Below are positions 43,134-57,689 of a stretch of DNA of 64,000 nucleotides, in pieces (position 1 is the stretch's first letter; every line of letters begins with the position of its first letter). The notes beneath the pieces are model-generated. The model was not told where the DNA came from and did no database searches. It saw nothing but the letters and a program-made list of their open reading frames with translations. The stretch is taken from NCBI RefSeq assembly GCF_009914755.1, contig NC_060946.1; one strand, 5' to 3'. Origin of the DNA: the human T2T-CHM13v2.0 reference genome, Homo sapiens. Made by a program: the position numbers and the translations under genes.

Positions 43134-44160
43134 TCTCTTTTTAAAATTTTATTTGCAGATTGTTCATTGTTAGTTTATGGAAATGCAACTGACTTGTGTG
43201 TGTTACTGTATCCTGAAACTTTGTTGAATTTCATTATTTTACCAATATTTTGGGAATTTCAGGATTTTTACCCATTACATCCTGTTGTCTGTGAACAAAA
43301 TTTTGTACTTTTTCCTTTCCAATTTGCATCCTTTTTATTACTTTCTCTTGACTCATTATTCTGAGTAGAAATTCCAGTACTGTGATGAATAGACGTGGCA
43401 GGAAGAGATGTTGCTATCTTATTCCTGATCCTAGAGGAAAAGATTTTAGTCTTTCACCATTGAGTATGATGTTAGCTGTGAGCTTTTCATGTATAATCTT
43501 TATTTACTGAGGAGTTTCCATATATTACTAATTCTTTGAGTGTTTTTATTACAAAAGGTGTTCATCTGGCTCTGGAACCAGATAAATGTTGACCTGATAG
43601 AATGGATTGGAATGTTCCCTTCTGGTTTTTGAACATTTTTGGAATATTTTGCAGAGGATTGGCATTAATTCTTCTTGAAATGTTTGGTAAAATTTTCCAG
43701 TGAAGTTATCTGGACCTGGAATTTTCTTTTTGGTGGGGTTTTTGATTACTGGTTGAATCTTCTTACTAGTTACAAGTCTCTTTGGATTTTTTATTTCTCC
43801 GTGATGCAGTATGGTGGTTTGTGTTTCTAGGAATTTATAAATTTATTCTAGGTTGCCCAGTTTTGTGGCATATGGTTGCTCACATTAGTCTCTTGTAATC
43901 TTTTTCATTTCTGTGGCATCTGTTGTACTGTCACCTATTTTATTCATGATTTTAGTATTTGAGATTTCTCTTTTTTTCTTAATATAGCTGTGAGTTTTAA
44001 ACTTTTTATTGATCTTTAAAAAAACAAACTCATTGTTTTTTTTCCTTTTTTTTCTGGTCTTATTCTGCTTATCTCTGCTCTAATCTGTTATTTTCTTCCT
44101 TTTGCTTGGTTTGTCATTACTTTTTTTTTCCCCCCTTCAGGTGTAATGTTAGGTTATTGA

Positions 44161-44342
44161 TTTGAGATCTTTCTTCTTTTTAATTTAAGCACCTGCAGCT
44201 ATAAGCTTCCCTTTAGCAAGGGTTTGAGATATTTCTTCTTTTTAATTTAAGCATCTGCAGCTGTAAGCTTCCCTTTAGCATGGGTTTGAGATCTTTCTTC
44301 TTTTTAATTTAAGCATCTGCAGCTGTAAGCTTCCCTTTAGCA
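44161..44342. repeat. 62-bp tandem triplication within L1
   Basis: TTTGAGAT.TTTCTTCTTTTTAATTTAAGCA.CTGCAGCT.TAAGCTTCCCTTTAGCA at 44161, 44223 and 44285. Confidence 0.93.
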
Positions 44343-44529
44343 CTGCCTTTGTTGCCTCCTCCTGAGTTTGGGTATGTCATGGTTTCGTTTTCATTTGCTT
44401 AAACATTTTTTGTCCTATTGTAATATAATTGTGTTGTTTTTAATAAAGGTAATTAATGAAACACATAATGAATTGTGCTTCTGTTTTAATAATATTTTAA
44501 GCATTCTTAACTCAGAAATGTAAATTTTA

Positions 44530-44871
<342 letters not shown>

Positions 44872-45020
44872 TTATTTGTATTTCAATTTAGAAACTATGA
44901 TCTCCTAAGTGTATTGACACAGCAACCTGACATAAAGATAAAGAATAATAAGCATATAACAAAATGGAAACTTGCAAATACCTGTTTTTTATTAATTTTT
45001 AATTATATATATTTAAAAAT

Positions 45021-45314
45021 TGCCAGGTGCAGTGGCTTACACCTGTAATCCCAGCACTTTGGGAGGCTGAGGTGGGCAGATCACATGAGGTCAGGAGTTT
45101 GAGACCAGCCTGGCCAACATGGTGAAACTTCATCTCTATTAAAAATCAAAAAATTAGCCAGGCTTGATAGCATGCATCTGTAGTCCCAGCTACTCGGGAG
45201 ACTGAGTCAGGAGAATTGCTTGAACATGGGAGGCGAGGTTGCAGTGAGCCAAGATAGTGCCACTGCACTCCAGCCTGGGTGACAGAGTGAGGCTCTGTCT
45301 CAAAAAAATAAAAA
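45021..45314 (+). mobile_element. Alu (AluS-like)
   Basis: Full dimer. Confidence 0.92.
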
Positions 45315-45315
45315 T

Positions 45316-45641
<326 letters not shown>

Positions 45642-45663
45642 TTACACATATTTAATATATACC

Positions 45664-45972
<309 letters not shown>

Positions 45973-46097
45973 CGAATATATACATCTTAATGAGTATAGA
46001 GATAAATATTCGCCCCAGGACTCATCACAACAAATAATACCGTAAACTTGACCATCACCCCCCATATATTTCTCATTCTCACCCTTTTTAAAAAATG

Positions 46098-46400
46098 AGA
46101 CCGGGAGTGGTGGCTCACGCCTGTAATCCCAGCACTTTGGGAGGCCAAGGCAGGTGGATCACGAGGTCAGGAGATCAAGATCATCCTGGCTAACACAGTG
46201 AAACCCCGTTTCTACTAAAAATACAGAAAATTAGCCAGGCGTGATGGCGGGCACCTGTAGTCCCAGCTACTCAGGAGACTGAGGCAGGATAATGGTGTGA
46301 ACTCGGGAGGCAGAGCTTGCAGTGAGCCGAGATCGTGCCACTGCACTCCAGCCTGGGCAACAGAGTATGACTCCGTCTCAAAAAAAAAAAAAAAAAAAAA
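46098..46400 (+). mobile_element. Alu (AluY-like)
   Basis: Full dimer with AAAAATGAGA TSD-like flanks. Confidence 0.92.
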
Positions 46401-46683
46401 ATGAGATGACCATTTCACCTAAGATATACCCTCTTAAGTATTTTTTTAAGTGTACAATACAGGACGGCCATGCATCAGAGATATATGTGGGTTTGGTTCC
46501 AGACCACTGCAATAAAGTGTTATACAATTTCTTTTGGTTTCCCAGTGCATGTAAAAGTATGTTTATACTGTGCTGTATAAAGTGTGCAATAACATATGTC
46601 TACAAAGTATGCACACTTTAATTTACAAATACTTTATTGTTAACAAGTGCTAACAGTCATCTGAGCCTTCAGAAAGCTGCAAT

Positions 46684-46950
46684 CTTTTTGTGTGTGTGTG
46701 ACAGGGTTTTACTCTGTGGCTCAGGCTGGAGTAATTGCAGCCTCAACCTCATGCTCAATCAAACCCCCACCTCAGACTCCTGACTAGCTGGGACTACAGG
46801 TGCATGCCACCGTGTCCAGCTAATTTTTGTATTTTTTTTTTGTAGAGATGGGGTTTTGCTATGTTGCCTTGACGTCCTGGGCTCAAGCAATCCACCCACC
46901 TTGGCCTCCCAAGGTGTTGGGATGACAGGTGTGAGCCACTGCACCTGGCC
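46684..46950 (-). mobile_element. Alu (AluJ-like)
   Basis: Reverse Alu inside Tigger1. Confidence 0.85.
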
Positions 46951-47519
46951 AAGTTTCAGTCTTCTTACTGATGGAGGGTCTTACGTTAATGTAAGGTGGT
47001 GGTTGCTGAGCGTTGGGGTGGCTGTGGCAATTTCTTAAAATAAGACAACGTTGAAGTTTGCTGTGTCAAGTGACTCTCCCTTTCACAAAAGAATTAACTG
47101 TAGCATACGATGATAGCTTTTTACCCACAGTAGAACTTTCAAAATTGAATTCAATGCTGTCAAACCTTCATACTGCTGTACCAACTAAGTTTATGTATTA
47201 TCGTAAATCATTGGGCTCAATCCTGTCAAGCCTTCCTTCTGCTGTACCAAGTTTATTTTAAATCTGTTGTCATCTCAACATTGTTTACACTGTCTTCACC
47301 ACGAGTAGATTTCATCTCAAGAAACCACTTTCTTTGCTCATCCGTGGAAGCAACTCATCCTCTCACGTTTTCTCCACAGGCTGCTGCAGTCTCGCCAGAT
47401 CTTCAGGCTCTGTCTCTGATTCTAGTGCTCTTGTTATTTCCACCATATCTGCAGTTACTTCCTCCACAGAAGTCGTGAACCCCTGTGTCATCAGTGAGGG
47501 TTGGAATAATCTTCCCAAC

Positions 47520-47821
<302 letters not shown>

Positions 47822-48681
47822 CCAACTTCTCCTAATGTTGCTATTTTGATCTTCTTTTTTTTAAATCATGAATGTTCTCAATGGCATCTAGAATGGTGAA
47901 TCCTTTCCAGTAGGTTTTCAATTATTTTGCCCAGATCCATCAAAGGAATCACTTTCTAGAGAAGCTATAGCTTTATGAAATATATTTTTTAAGTGATAAG
48001 ACTTGAAATTTGAAATTATTCTTTGATCCAAGGGCACCAGAATGAATGTTGGGTTAGTAGGCATGAAAACAATATTCAGCTCTTTATACATCTCTGTAAA
48101 AGCCCTTGAGTACCAGGGGCATTGTCAGTGAGTGGTAATACTTTGAAAGGAATCTTATTTCTTGAGCAGTAGTTGTCGACAGTGGGCTTAAGATATTCAA
48201 TAAACCATATTTGTAAACCGATAGTCTGTCATCCAGGCTTTCTTCCCATTTGCAGAGTACAGGCAGAGCTGTGTTTTATCATAATTCTTCAGGGCCCTTG
48301 GATTTTCAGAATAGTAAATCATCATTGGTTTCAAGTTAACATCACCAACTGCATTAGGCCTTAACAAAAGAGTCAGCATGTCCTTTGAAGCCTTAAATCC
48401 AGGCATCAACTCCTCTCTAGCTGGGAACATCCTGGATGGCATCTCCTTCTAGTAGAAGGCTGTTTTGTCTCCACTGCAAATCTGTTTAATGTAGCCATCT
48501 TAATCAATTATCTTCTAGATAGCTTTCTGCAGCTTTTCCATCAGTACTTGCTGCTTTATCTTGCGCTTTTATGTTATGGAGATGACTTTTTTCCTTAAAC
48601 CTCAAGAAACAAGCTCTTCTAGCTTCAGACTTTTCTTCTGCAGCTGCCTCACCTCTCTAAGTCTTCATAGAATTGAAGGGA

Positions 48682-48990
<309 letters not shown>

Positions 48991-49983
48991 AGAGAGTTAG
49001 GCTTAGGCTTAATGGAATTTTTTTTTGTTTTTTTATCTTCTATCTAGACCAATTAAACTTTCTCCATAACAGCAGCAAGATTGTTTAGCTTTTTATCATT
49101 CATGTATTCACTGGAGTAGTACTTTAAATTTCTTTCCAGAACACTTCCTTTGCATTCACAACTTGGCTAAGTGTTTGTTGCATGAGGTCTAGCTACTGGC
49201 CTGTCTTGCTTACAGCATGCCTTAATCACTAAGCTTAATTATTTCTTCCTTTTGGTTTAAAGTGACAGACATGCAACTCTTCTTTCACTTGAACATACAG
49301 AGGCTATTGTAGGGTTATTAATTGGCCACATTTTAATATTAATTAAAAGAAGCCTGAGAAAAAGAGAGAGAAAGAGAAATGGCCCATTGGTGGGGCAGTC
49401 AGAACAAACGTATTTGTCAATTGTTTGCTGTCTTATCCTGGTGTGATTTGTGGTTCCCAAAACAATGACAACAGTAGCATTAAAGATCACTGATTACAGA
49501 TCACTATAACAGATTCAATAATAAAAAGCTTAAAATACTGTGAGAATGACCGAAATGTGACACAGAGACGTGAAGTGAGCACGTGCTGTAGGAACAATGG
49601 TGCCAGTCAGACCTGCTTATTGCAGGGTGGCCACAAACCTTCAATATGTAAAACACATGGTCACAAAACACAATAAAGCAAAGTGCAATGAAACAAGATA
49701 TGTCTGTGTTTTGATAGACTCTGACAATCTCTATCTTTGAATTGGTACATTCATACCATTAGCATTCAAAGTGATTATTGATATCATTGGATTAATATCT
49801 ACTATATTTGTTACTGTTTTCTATTCATTCTCCTCAGTCTCCATTCTTTTGTCTACCACTCTTTTTCTGCCTTTTGCAGTTTTCATTGATGATTTTAGAT
49901 GACTACATTTTCCCTGTCTTTCTTAACATGTCCTTCTCTTTTTAAAACTTTTTTTTAAGTAGTTGCCACAGAATTTGCAATAT

Positions 49984-50270
49984 ACATTTACAACCAATTC
50001 AAGTCCACTTTCAAATAACACTATCCCACTATCCCACGAATAAGACTACCTGCTTAACAAACAAAACACCTAATTCCTCAGTAACATTTACAACAAATTC
50101 AAGTCCACTTTCAAATAACACTATCCCACTATCCCACAAATAAGACTACCTGCTTAACAAAGAACACACCTAATTCCTCAATATACATTTACAAGCAATT
50201 CAAGTCCACTTTCAGATAACACTATCCCACTTCATGGGTGACTACCTGCTTAACAAAGAAAACACCTGAT
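49984..50270. repeat. About 100-bp tandem triplication
   Basis: ACATTTACAA..AATTCAAGTCCACTTTCA.ATAACACTATCCCACT...GACTACCTGCTTAACAAA at about 49984, 50084 and 50186. Confidence 0.9.
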
Positions 50271-50588
50271 TCCTCCCTCCCATCCTTCCATTCCATTCCT
50301 TGTATTATTGTTCCTTATTTCACTTGTGTATAAGCACACATAATCTATCTGTGTGTATTTATTATTATCTACAAACTTATTGGTCAGATCAATTATGAAT
50401 AAATACATGTTTTTATTGTACCACAATTCCTCCCTCCCATCCTTCCATTCCATTCCTTGTATTAGTGTCACTCATTTCAATTGTGTATAAGCATACATAA
50501 TCTATCTGTGTGTATTTGTTATTGTCTATGAACTTCTTGGTCAGATCAATTAAGAATAAATACATAGGTTTTTATTGTACCACAATTC
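50270..50588. repeat. About 157-bp tandem duplication
   Basis: TTCCTCCCTCCCATCCTTCCATTCCATTCCTTGTATT...TTTTATTGTACCACAA twice. Confidence 0.9.
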
Positions 50589-51624
50589 TTTAATGCTCTT
50601 TTTAAAAAAATGTTGATCCAGGTTTCAGTTATATATCTTTTGTTTCCCTCTAAAGAATTTCATTTAACATTTCTTGCAAGACAGGTCTCCTGGCAACAAG
50701 TTTCTTGAATTTGTATTTTTCTGAGGAAGGCCTTAATTCTCCTTCACTTTTGAAGGGTGGTTTCAGTGGGTACAGAAACTTAGGTTGGTGGGTTTTTTCT
50801 GTCAACATTTTGAATTTTTCATTTCACTGTCTTCTTGCTTTCACAGTTTCTGCAATGTTGAATGCAGTTCTTATCTTTGTGTCTCTGTAGGTAAGGTGTT
50901 TTCTGCCCCACCTCTGGTTTCTTTCAGAGTTTTCCTTTATCTTTTATTTCATATAGTTTGAAAATTATATGTCCAAGTGTAGGTTGTTGGCATTTATTCT
51001 GCCTGGTGGTCTCTGAGCTTCCTGGATCTTTGGTTTGGTGTCTGACATTAATACTGGAAGTTCTCAGACATGGTTGTTGCAGAACTTTCTTCTATTTTTT
51101 CTCCTCCTGGTATTCTCATTACTCTGTTGCACCTTTTGTAGTTGTCCCACAGTCTTGGATATCATCTTCTGTTCTTTTCAGTGTTTCTTTTCTTTAGTTT
51201 TTGAAGTTTCTGATGATAAATCCTCAAGCTCAGAGATTCTTTACTCAGCTGAGTCCAGTCTACTAATAAGCCATCAGAGGTATTCTTCAGTTATTTACCA
51301 CATTTTTTACCACTACATTATGTTGAAGGTTCTTACGATGTCTGTCTTTCTGATTACATTACCCATCTACACTTGAATGCTGTCTACTTCATTCATTAGA
51401 CCCTTAGCATATTCTCCAGAGGTTTAAAAAAAATTCCAAAATCATATCTTTGTCTGCTTCTGAAGCTTGCTCTGTTGACACAAATTGTATCTTTTTCTTT
51501 TTTTGGATTTTAGTATGCCTTGCAATTTTTTCCCTTTATTCTCATGCATGAAGCACCCACTAAAGGTGACTGCTGTTAGTATAGCTTTAGTAATGCGGTG
51601 ATGAGGTGACAGGGCAGGTGATGC

Positions 51625-51762
51625 TCTCTTAATCTCTTTAGGCTACTATAACAAAATACTTTAGACTGAGTAATTCATAAACAACAGAGATTATTGCTCA
51701 CAGATCTGGAGGCTGGAAAGTCCAAGACTAAAGGGGCAGAATATTTAGTGTTTGGTGAAGGT
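51625..51762 (-). mobile_element. MaLR LTR fragment (MLT1A/MST-like) truncated by the satellite
   Basis: GCTACTATAACAAAATAC...AACAACAGAGATTATTGCTCACAG.TCTGGAGGCTGGAAAGTCCAAGA. Confidence 0.7.
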
Positions 51763-54700
51763 CAAACATTCAGACACTCGCAACGACTATAGTGACAGCA
51801 GCAGTCTTCAGGAATCCTATGTGAGGGAAAAACATTCAGACCACAGCAGGAGTGCTCGGGAATCCTATGTGAGGGACAAACATTCAGACCCCAGCAGTAG
51901 TGTTGTGGAATCCTATGTGAGGGGAAAACTTTCAAACCCTTGTAGCAGTGTTCTGCAATCTTATGTGAGGGGCAAAAATTCAGAACCTTGTAGCAGTGTT
52001 CTGGAATCCTATATGAGGAACAATCAGACCACAGCAGGAATGTTCTGGAATCCTATGTGAGGGGCAAACATTCAGACCACAGCAGGAGTGTTCTGGAATC
52101 CTATGTGAGGGAAAAACATTCAGACCACAGCAGGAGTGCTCTGTAATCCTATGTGAGGGACAAACATTTCAAAACCTTGTAGCAGTGTGCTGGGATGTTA
52201 TGTCAGGGACAGACATTTAGACCCTCGCAGCAGTGTTCTAGAATCCCATCTGCGGGACAAACATTCAGACACTCGCAGCAGTGTTCTGGAATTCTATGTG
52301 AGGGACAGACATTCAAACCCCAACAGCAGTGTTCTAGAATCCTATGTGAGGGACAGACGTTCAGACCCCAGCAGCAGTGTTCTGGAATCCTATGTGAGGT
52401 ACAAACATTCAGACACCAGCAGAAGTGTTCTGGAATCCTATGTGAGGGACAAACATTCAGACCCTCGTAGCACTGTTCAGGAATCCTATGTGAGGGACAA
52501 ACATTCAGACCCTCCTAGCAGTGTTCTGGAATCTTATGTGAGGGACAAACATTCAAACCACAGCAGCAGTGTTCTGGAATCCTACGTGAAGGACAAACTT
52601 TCAGACCACAGCAGGAGAGTTCTGGAATCCTATGTGAGGGACAAACTTTCAGACCAAAGCAGGAGTGTTCTTTAATCCTATATGAAGGACAAACATTCAG
52701 ACCCCAGGAACACTGTTCTGAAATCCTATGATAAGGGCAAACATTCAGACCCCAACATGAATGTTCTGGAATCCTATGTGAGGGACAAGCATTAAGACCA
52801 TAGCAGGAGTATTCTGGAATCCTATGTGAGGGACAAACATTCAGACCCTTGTAGAAGTGTTCTGGAATCCTATGTGATTAAAAAAACATTGAGACCACAG
52901 CAGGAGTGCTCTGGAATCCTATGTGAGGGACAAACATTCAGACCCCAGAAGGAGTGTTCTGGAATCCTATGTAAAGGACAAACATTCAGACCCTCGTAGC
53001 AGTGTTCTGGAATCCTATGTGAGGGAAAAACATTCAGAACCTCGTAGCAGTGTTCTGGAATCGTATGTGAGGGACAAACATTCAGACCCTCCCAGCAGTC
53101 TTCTGGAATTCTATGTGAGGGACAGACATTCAAACCCCAGCAGCAGGGTTCTGGAATCCGATGTGAGGGACAGACATTCAGACCCCAGCAGCAGTCTTCT
53201 GGAATCCTATGTGAGGGACAAACTTTCAAACACTCATAGCAGTGTTCTGGAATCCTATGTGAGGTACAAACATTCAGACCCTCATAGCAGTGTTCTGGAA
53301 TCCTATGTGAGGTACAAACATTCAGACCCTCATAGCAGTGTTCTGGAATACTATGTGAGGGACAACCATTCAGACCATGGCAGTTCTGAAATGCTATGTG
53401 AAGGACAAACATTCACACTCTCGTAGCAGTGTTCTGGAATCCTATGTGAAGGACAGACATTTAGACCCTCGAAGCAGTGTTCTGCAGTCTTAAGTGAGGA
53501 ACAAAAATTCAGACCCTCGTAACAGTGTTCTGGAATCCTTTTTTGAGGGACAGACATTGAGACCCCAGCAGCAGTGGTCTGGAATACCATGTGAGGGACA
53601 AACATTCACACCCCAGCAACACTGTTCTGTAATCGTATGTGAGGGACAAGCATTCAGACCCCAGCAGCAGTGTTCTGGAATCTTATGTGAGGGACAAACA
53701 TTGAGACCCTCGTAGCAGTGTTCTGGAATCCTACGTGAGACACAAACATTCGTACCACAGCAGAAGTGTTCCGGAATCTTATGTGAGGGACAACCATTCA
53801 GATCACAGCAGGAGTGTTCTGGAATCCTTTGTGAGGGACAACCATTCAGACCACAGCAGGAGTGTTCTGGAATCCTATGTGAGGGACAAATATTCAGACC
53901 TCAGCAGGAGGGTTCTGGAATCCTGTGTGAGGGACCAACATTCAGACCCTCGTAGCAGTGTTCTGGAATGCTATGTGAAAGACAACCATTCAGACTCTCA
54001 TAGCAATGTTCTGGAATCCTATGTCAGGGACATTCAGACCCCAGCCGCAGTGTTCTGGAATCCTATGTGACAGACAAACATTCAGACCACAGCAGGATCG
54101 TTCTGGAATCCTATGTGACAGAAAAACGTTCAGACCATAGCAGTAGTGTTCTGCAATCCAATGTGAGGGACAAACATTCAGAGCCCAGCAGCAGTGTTCA
54201 GGAATCCTATGTGAGGGACCAACAATCAGACCCTCGTAGCAGAGTTCTGAAATCCTATGTGAGGGACAAACATTCAGAACCCAGCTGCAGTGTTCTGGAA
54301 TCCTATGTGACAGAAAAACATTCCGACCACAGCAGCAGTGTTCTGGAATCCTATGTACGGTACAAACTTTCAGACCACAGCAGGAGAGTTCTGGAATCCT
54401 ATGTGAGGGACAAACTTTCAGACCCCAGGAGCAGTGTTCTGAAATCCTATGTTAAGGGCAAGCATTTACATCCCAGTGTGAATGTTCTCGAATCCTAGGT
54501 AAGGGACAAACATTCAGACCACAGCAGGAGTGTTCTCGAATCCTATGTGAGGAACAAACATTCAGACCACAGAAGGAGTGTTCTGGAATACAATGTGAGG
54601 GACATTCAGACCCTCTTAGCAGTGTTCTGGAGTCCTATGTGGTGAGCAAACTTTCAGACCACAGCAGGAATGTTCTGGAATCCTATGTGAGGGTCAAACA

Positions 54701-56415
54701 TTCAGACCACAGCAGGAGTGTTCTGGAATCCTATGTGAGGGCAAACATTCAGACCCACGTGGCAGTGTTCTGGAATCCTATGTGAGGGACAAATATTCAG
54801 ACCACAGCAGGAGTGCTCTGGAATCCTATGTGAGGGACAAACATTCAGAACCTCGTAGCAGTGTCCTGAAATCTTATGTGAGGGAGAGACATTTAGACCC
54901 TCGCAGCAGTGTTCTGGTATCCCATGTGAGGGACAAACATTCAGACCCTCCCAGCCATATTCTGGAATTCTATGTGAGGGAAAGACGTTCAAACCCCAGC
55001 AGCAGTGTTCTGGAATCTGATTTGAGGGGCAGACATTCAGACCCCAGCAGCAGTGTTCTGGAATGCTATGTGAAGGACAAACATTCAGACCACGGGAGCA
55101 GTGTTCTAGAATCCTACGTGAAGGACAAACATTAAGACTCTCATAGCAGTGTCCTGGAATCATATGTGAGGAACAACCATTCAGACACCAGCAGAAGTGT
55201 TCTGGAATCCTAGGTGTGGGAAAAACATTCAGAACCTAGTAGCAGTGTTCTGGAATCCTATGTGAGGGACATACATTCAGACCACGGCAGCAGTGTTCTG
55301 GAATGGTATGTGAAGGACAAACATTCAGACCCTTGTAGCAGTGTTCCGGAATTCTATGTGAGGGACAAACATTCAGACTACAGCAGCAGTGTTCTGGAAT
55401 CCTATATGACGGACCAACGTTCAGACACTTGCAACAGTGTTCTGGAATACTAGGTGAGGGAGAAATATTCACACCCTTGTAGCAGTGTTCTGGAATTCTA
55501 TGTGACTGACAAACATTCAGACTCCAGCAGCAGTGTTCTGTAATCCTATGTGAGTGACAAACATTCAGACCCCAAGAGCAGTGTTCTGAAATCCTATGTT
55601 AAGGGAAACATTGAGACCCCAGCATGAATGTTCTGGAATCCTATGTGAGGGACAAACATTCAGACCACGGCAGGAGTATTCTGGAATCCTATGTGAGGGA
55701 CAAACATTCAGACTACGGCAGGAGTATTCTGGAATCCTATGTGAGGGACAAACATTCAGACCACGGCAGGAGTATTCTGGAATCCTATGTGAGGAACAAA
55801 CATTTAGACCACAGCAGGAGTGTTCTGGAATCCTATATGAGGGATAAGCATTCAGACCCTCGTAGCAGTGTTCTGGAATCCTATGTGAGGGAGAAGCATT
55901 CAGAGCACAGCAGGAGTGCTCTGAAATCCTATGTTAGGGACAAACATTCAGAACCTCGTAACATTGTTCGGGAAACCTATGTGAGGGACAGACATTTAGA
56001 CCCTCGCAGCAGTGTTCTGGAATCCCATGTGAGGGTCAAACATTCAGATCCTCACAGCAGTGTTCTGGAATTCTATGTGAGTGACAAACTTCCAGACTCC
56101 AGCAGCAGTGTTCTGTATTCCTATGTGAAGGACAAACATTCAGAATCCAGGAGCAGTGTTTTGAAATCATATGTTAAGGGCAAACATACCCTAGCATCAC
56201 TGTTCTAGAATCATATGTGAGGGACAGACATTCAGACCCTCACAGCAGTGTTCTGGAATCCTAGATGGGGGACAAACATTCAGACCCCAGCAGCAGGCTT
56301 CTGGAATCCTATGTGGGGGACAAACATTCAGACAATGGCAGCAGTGTTCTGGAATCCTACGTGAGGGACAAACACTCAGAGCCTTGTAGCAGTGTTCTGG
56401 AATCCTATGTGAGTG
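51763..56415. repeat. CER 48-bp centromeric satellite array, about 97 monomers
   Basis: Unit AATCCTATGTGAGGGACAAACATTCAGACCACAGCAGGAGTGTTCTGG; 16-aa period in the ORF track; matches the recalled CER consensus. Confidence 0.93.
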
Positions 56416-56759
56416 AGAGTGCCTGGAGCCTACCCAACCTGACGCCCCCAAAGCCCTCACAGGGTCTGACCTCCCAGCATGCACCTGCCTCTCCCTGAAC
56501 CCCAACTGCCCACCCTGCCTGTTCCCTGGCCTCCTTCATCCTGTGCAGCCCATAGACTGTGACCATCTCTGCAGCCACTCTGGCTCTTCCTTTACCTTTG
56601 TCCTTTCAGAATCTCTGAGCAGGATCTCCCAGGTCCATCCAAACACGTGCTTTGTCCACTTTTGACTAGGCCCTTGGGCATCACTGGGCTATCCCAGCTG
56701 TCCACAGGGCCTTCAATAATGCACATTGCACCTGGCTTATCCAAGCAGTGCTCAGCAGC

Positions 56760-57665
56760 CCACATTGACCAGGTCCCTGCTGACCAGACCCCACACATCA
56801 GGTCCTCCCTGATGACACCCTCACTGATTAGACCCTCATGACCAGGCCCCACTAACAAGGCCCCCACTGCCAGGCACACAATGACAAGGACTCCACTGAC
56901 CAGGACCTTACTGACAAGGCCTCACTGACAAGGCTTCACGGACCAAGTCCTTACTGACAAGTCCTCACTGACTAGGTCATTATTGACAAGGCCTCACTGA
57001 TCAGGTTCCACTGATCATGACCTCATTCCCTGGCCCCAAAGATGAGGCCCCACTGACCAGGCCTCCAGGGAACAGGTTGCCACTGATCAGGCCCCTAATA
57101 ACCAGGCCTAAGGTCACCAGATGCCCCTGACTGGGACCCTAGTGAGTAGACCCCACTGAACTGGCACCAAATGCTGAGATCCCCGCTGACCAGGTCACCC
57201 TGTAGACCGGTGCTACAAAAGTCACCACTGACCAAGTCCTCTCTGACTAGGACACTACAGATTAGGTCCCACTGACAAGGCTGCCCTGACCAGGGCCCCA
57301 CTGACAAGGGCCTCACTGATGAGGACACGCCCACCAGGGTCTGCTGACTAGGTTCCATGTGCCCAGTCCTCCACTGAATAGCACCCCTTGACCTGGTCAC
57401 CAGTGCCCCAGCCCATGCTGACCAGGCCAGCACTAAGCCCCAGCTGACCAGGTCTCCACTGATCAAGCCCCACAGCCCAGGTTTGCACTGACCAGACACC
57501 AAACAACTGGCAGCCAATAGGTCCCCACTCACCAAAACCCCCACTACTAGACCCCAGTAATGAGACCCTCTCTAAGCAGACCTCTGCTGACCACGATCCC
57601 ACTAAATAGTCCTCACTGACCTAGGTCCACTGACCAGGCCCACACTGATCAGGCCCCTCCTAACC
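56760..57665. repeat. Degenerate 14-15-bp minisatellite (CCCACTGACCAGGC-like)
   Basis: Dozens of CACTGAC(C/A)AG cores at short, roughly regular spacing. Confidence 0.85.
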
Positions 57666-57689
57666 ACGCCGGAAATCCAAGCGGCAATG

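Larger units (their letters stand above)
49710..51560 (-). mobile_element. Old L1 (L1MC/MD/ME-like) fragment
   Basis: Reverse old-L1 patterns (TTAACATTTCTTGCAAGACAGGTCTCCTGGCAAC; TCTCCTTCACTTTTGAAGG). Confidence 0.65.

Noticed and set aside
51752-56505. Long ORFs with 16-aa repeats (SVLESYVRDKHSD...; HRIPEHC...NVCPS), superficially zinc-finger-like
   Set aside because: They result from translating a 48-bp satellite, appear on both strands, and have scattered stops and no gene structure.
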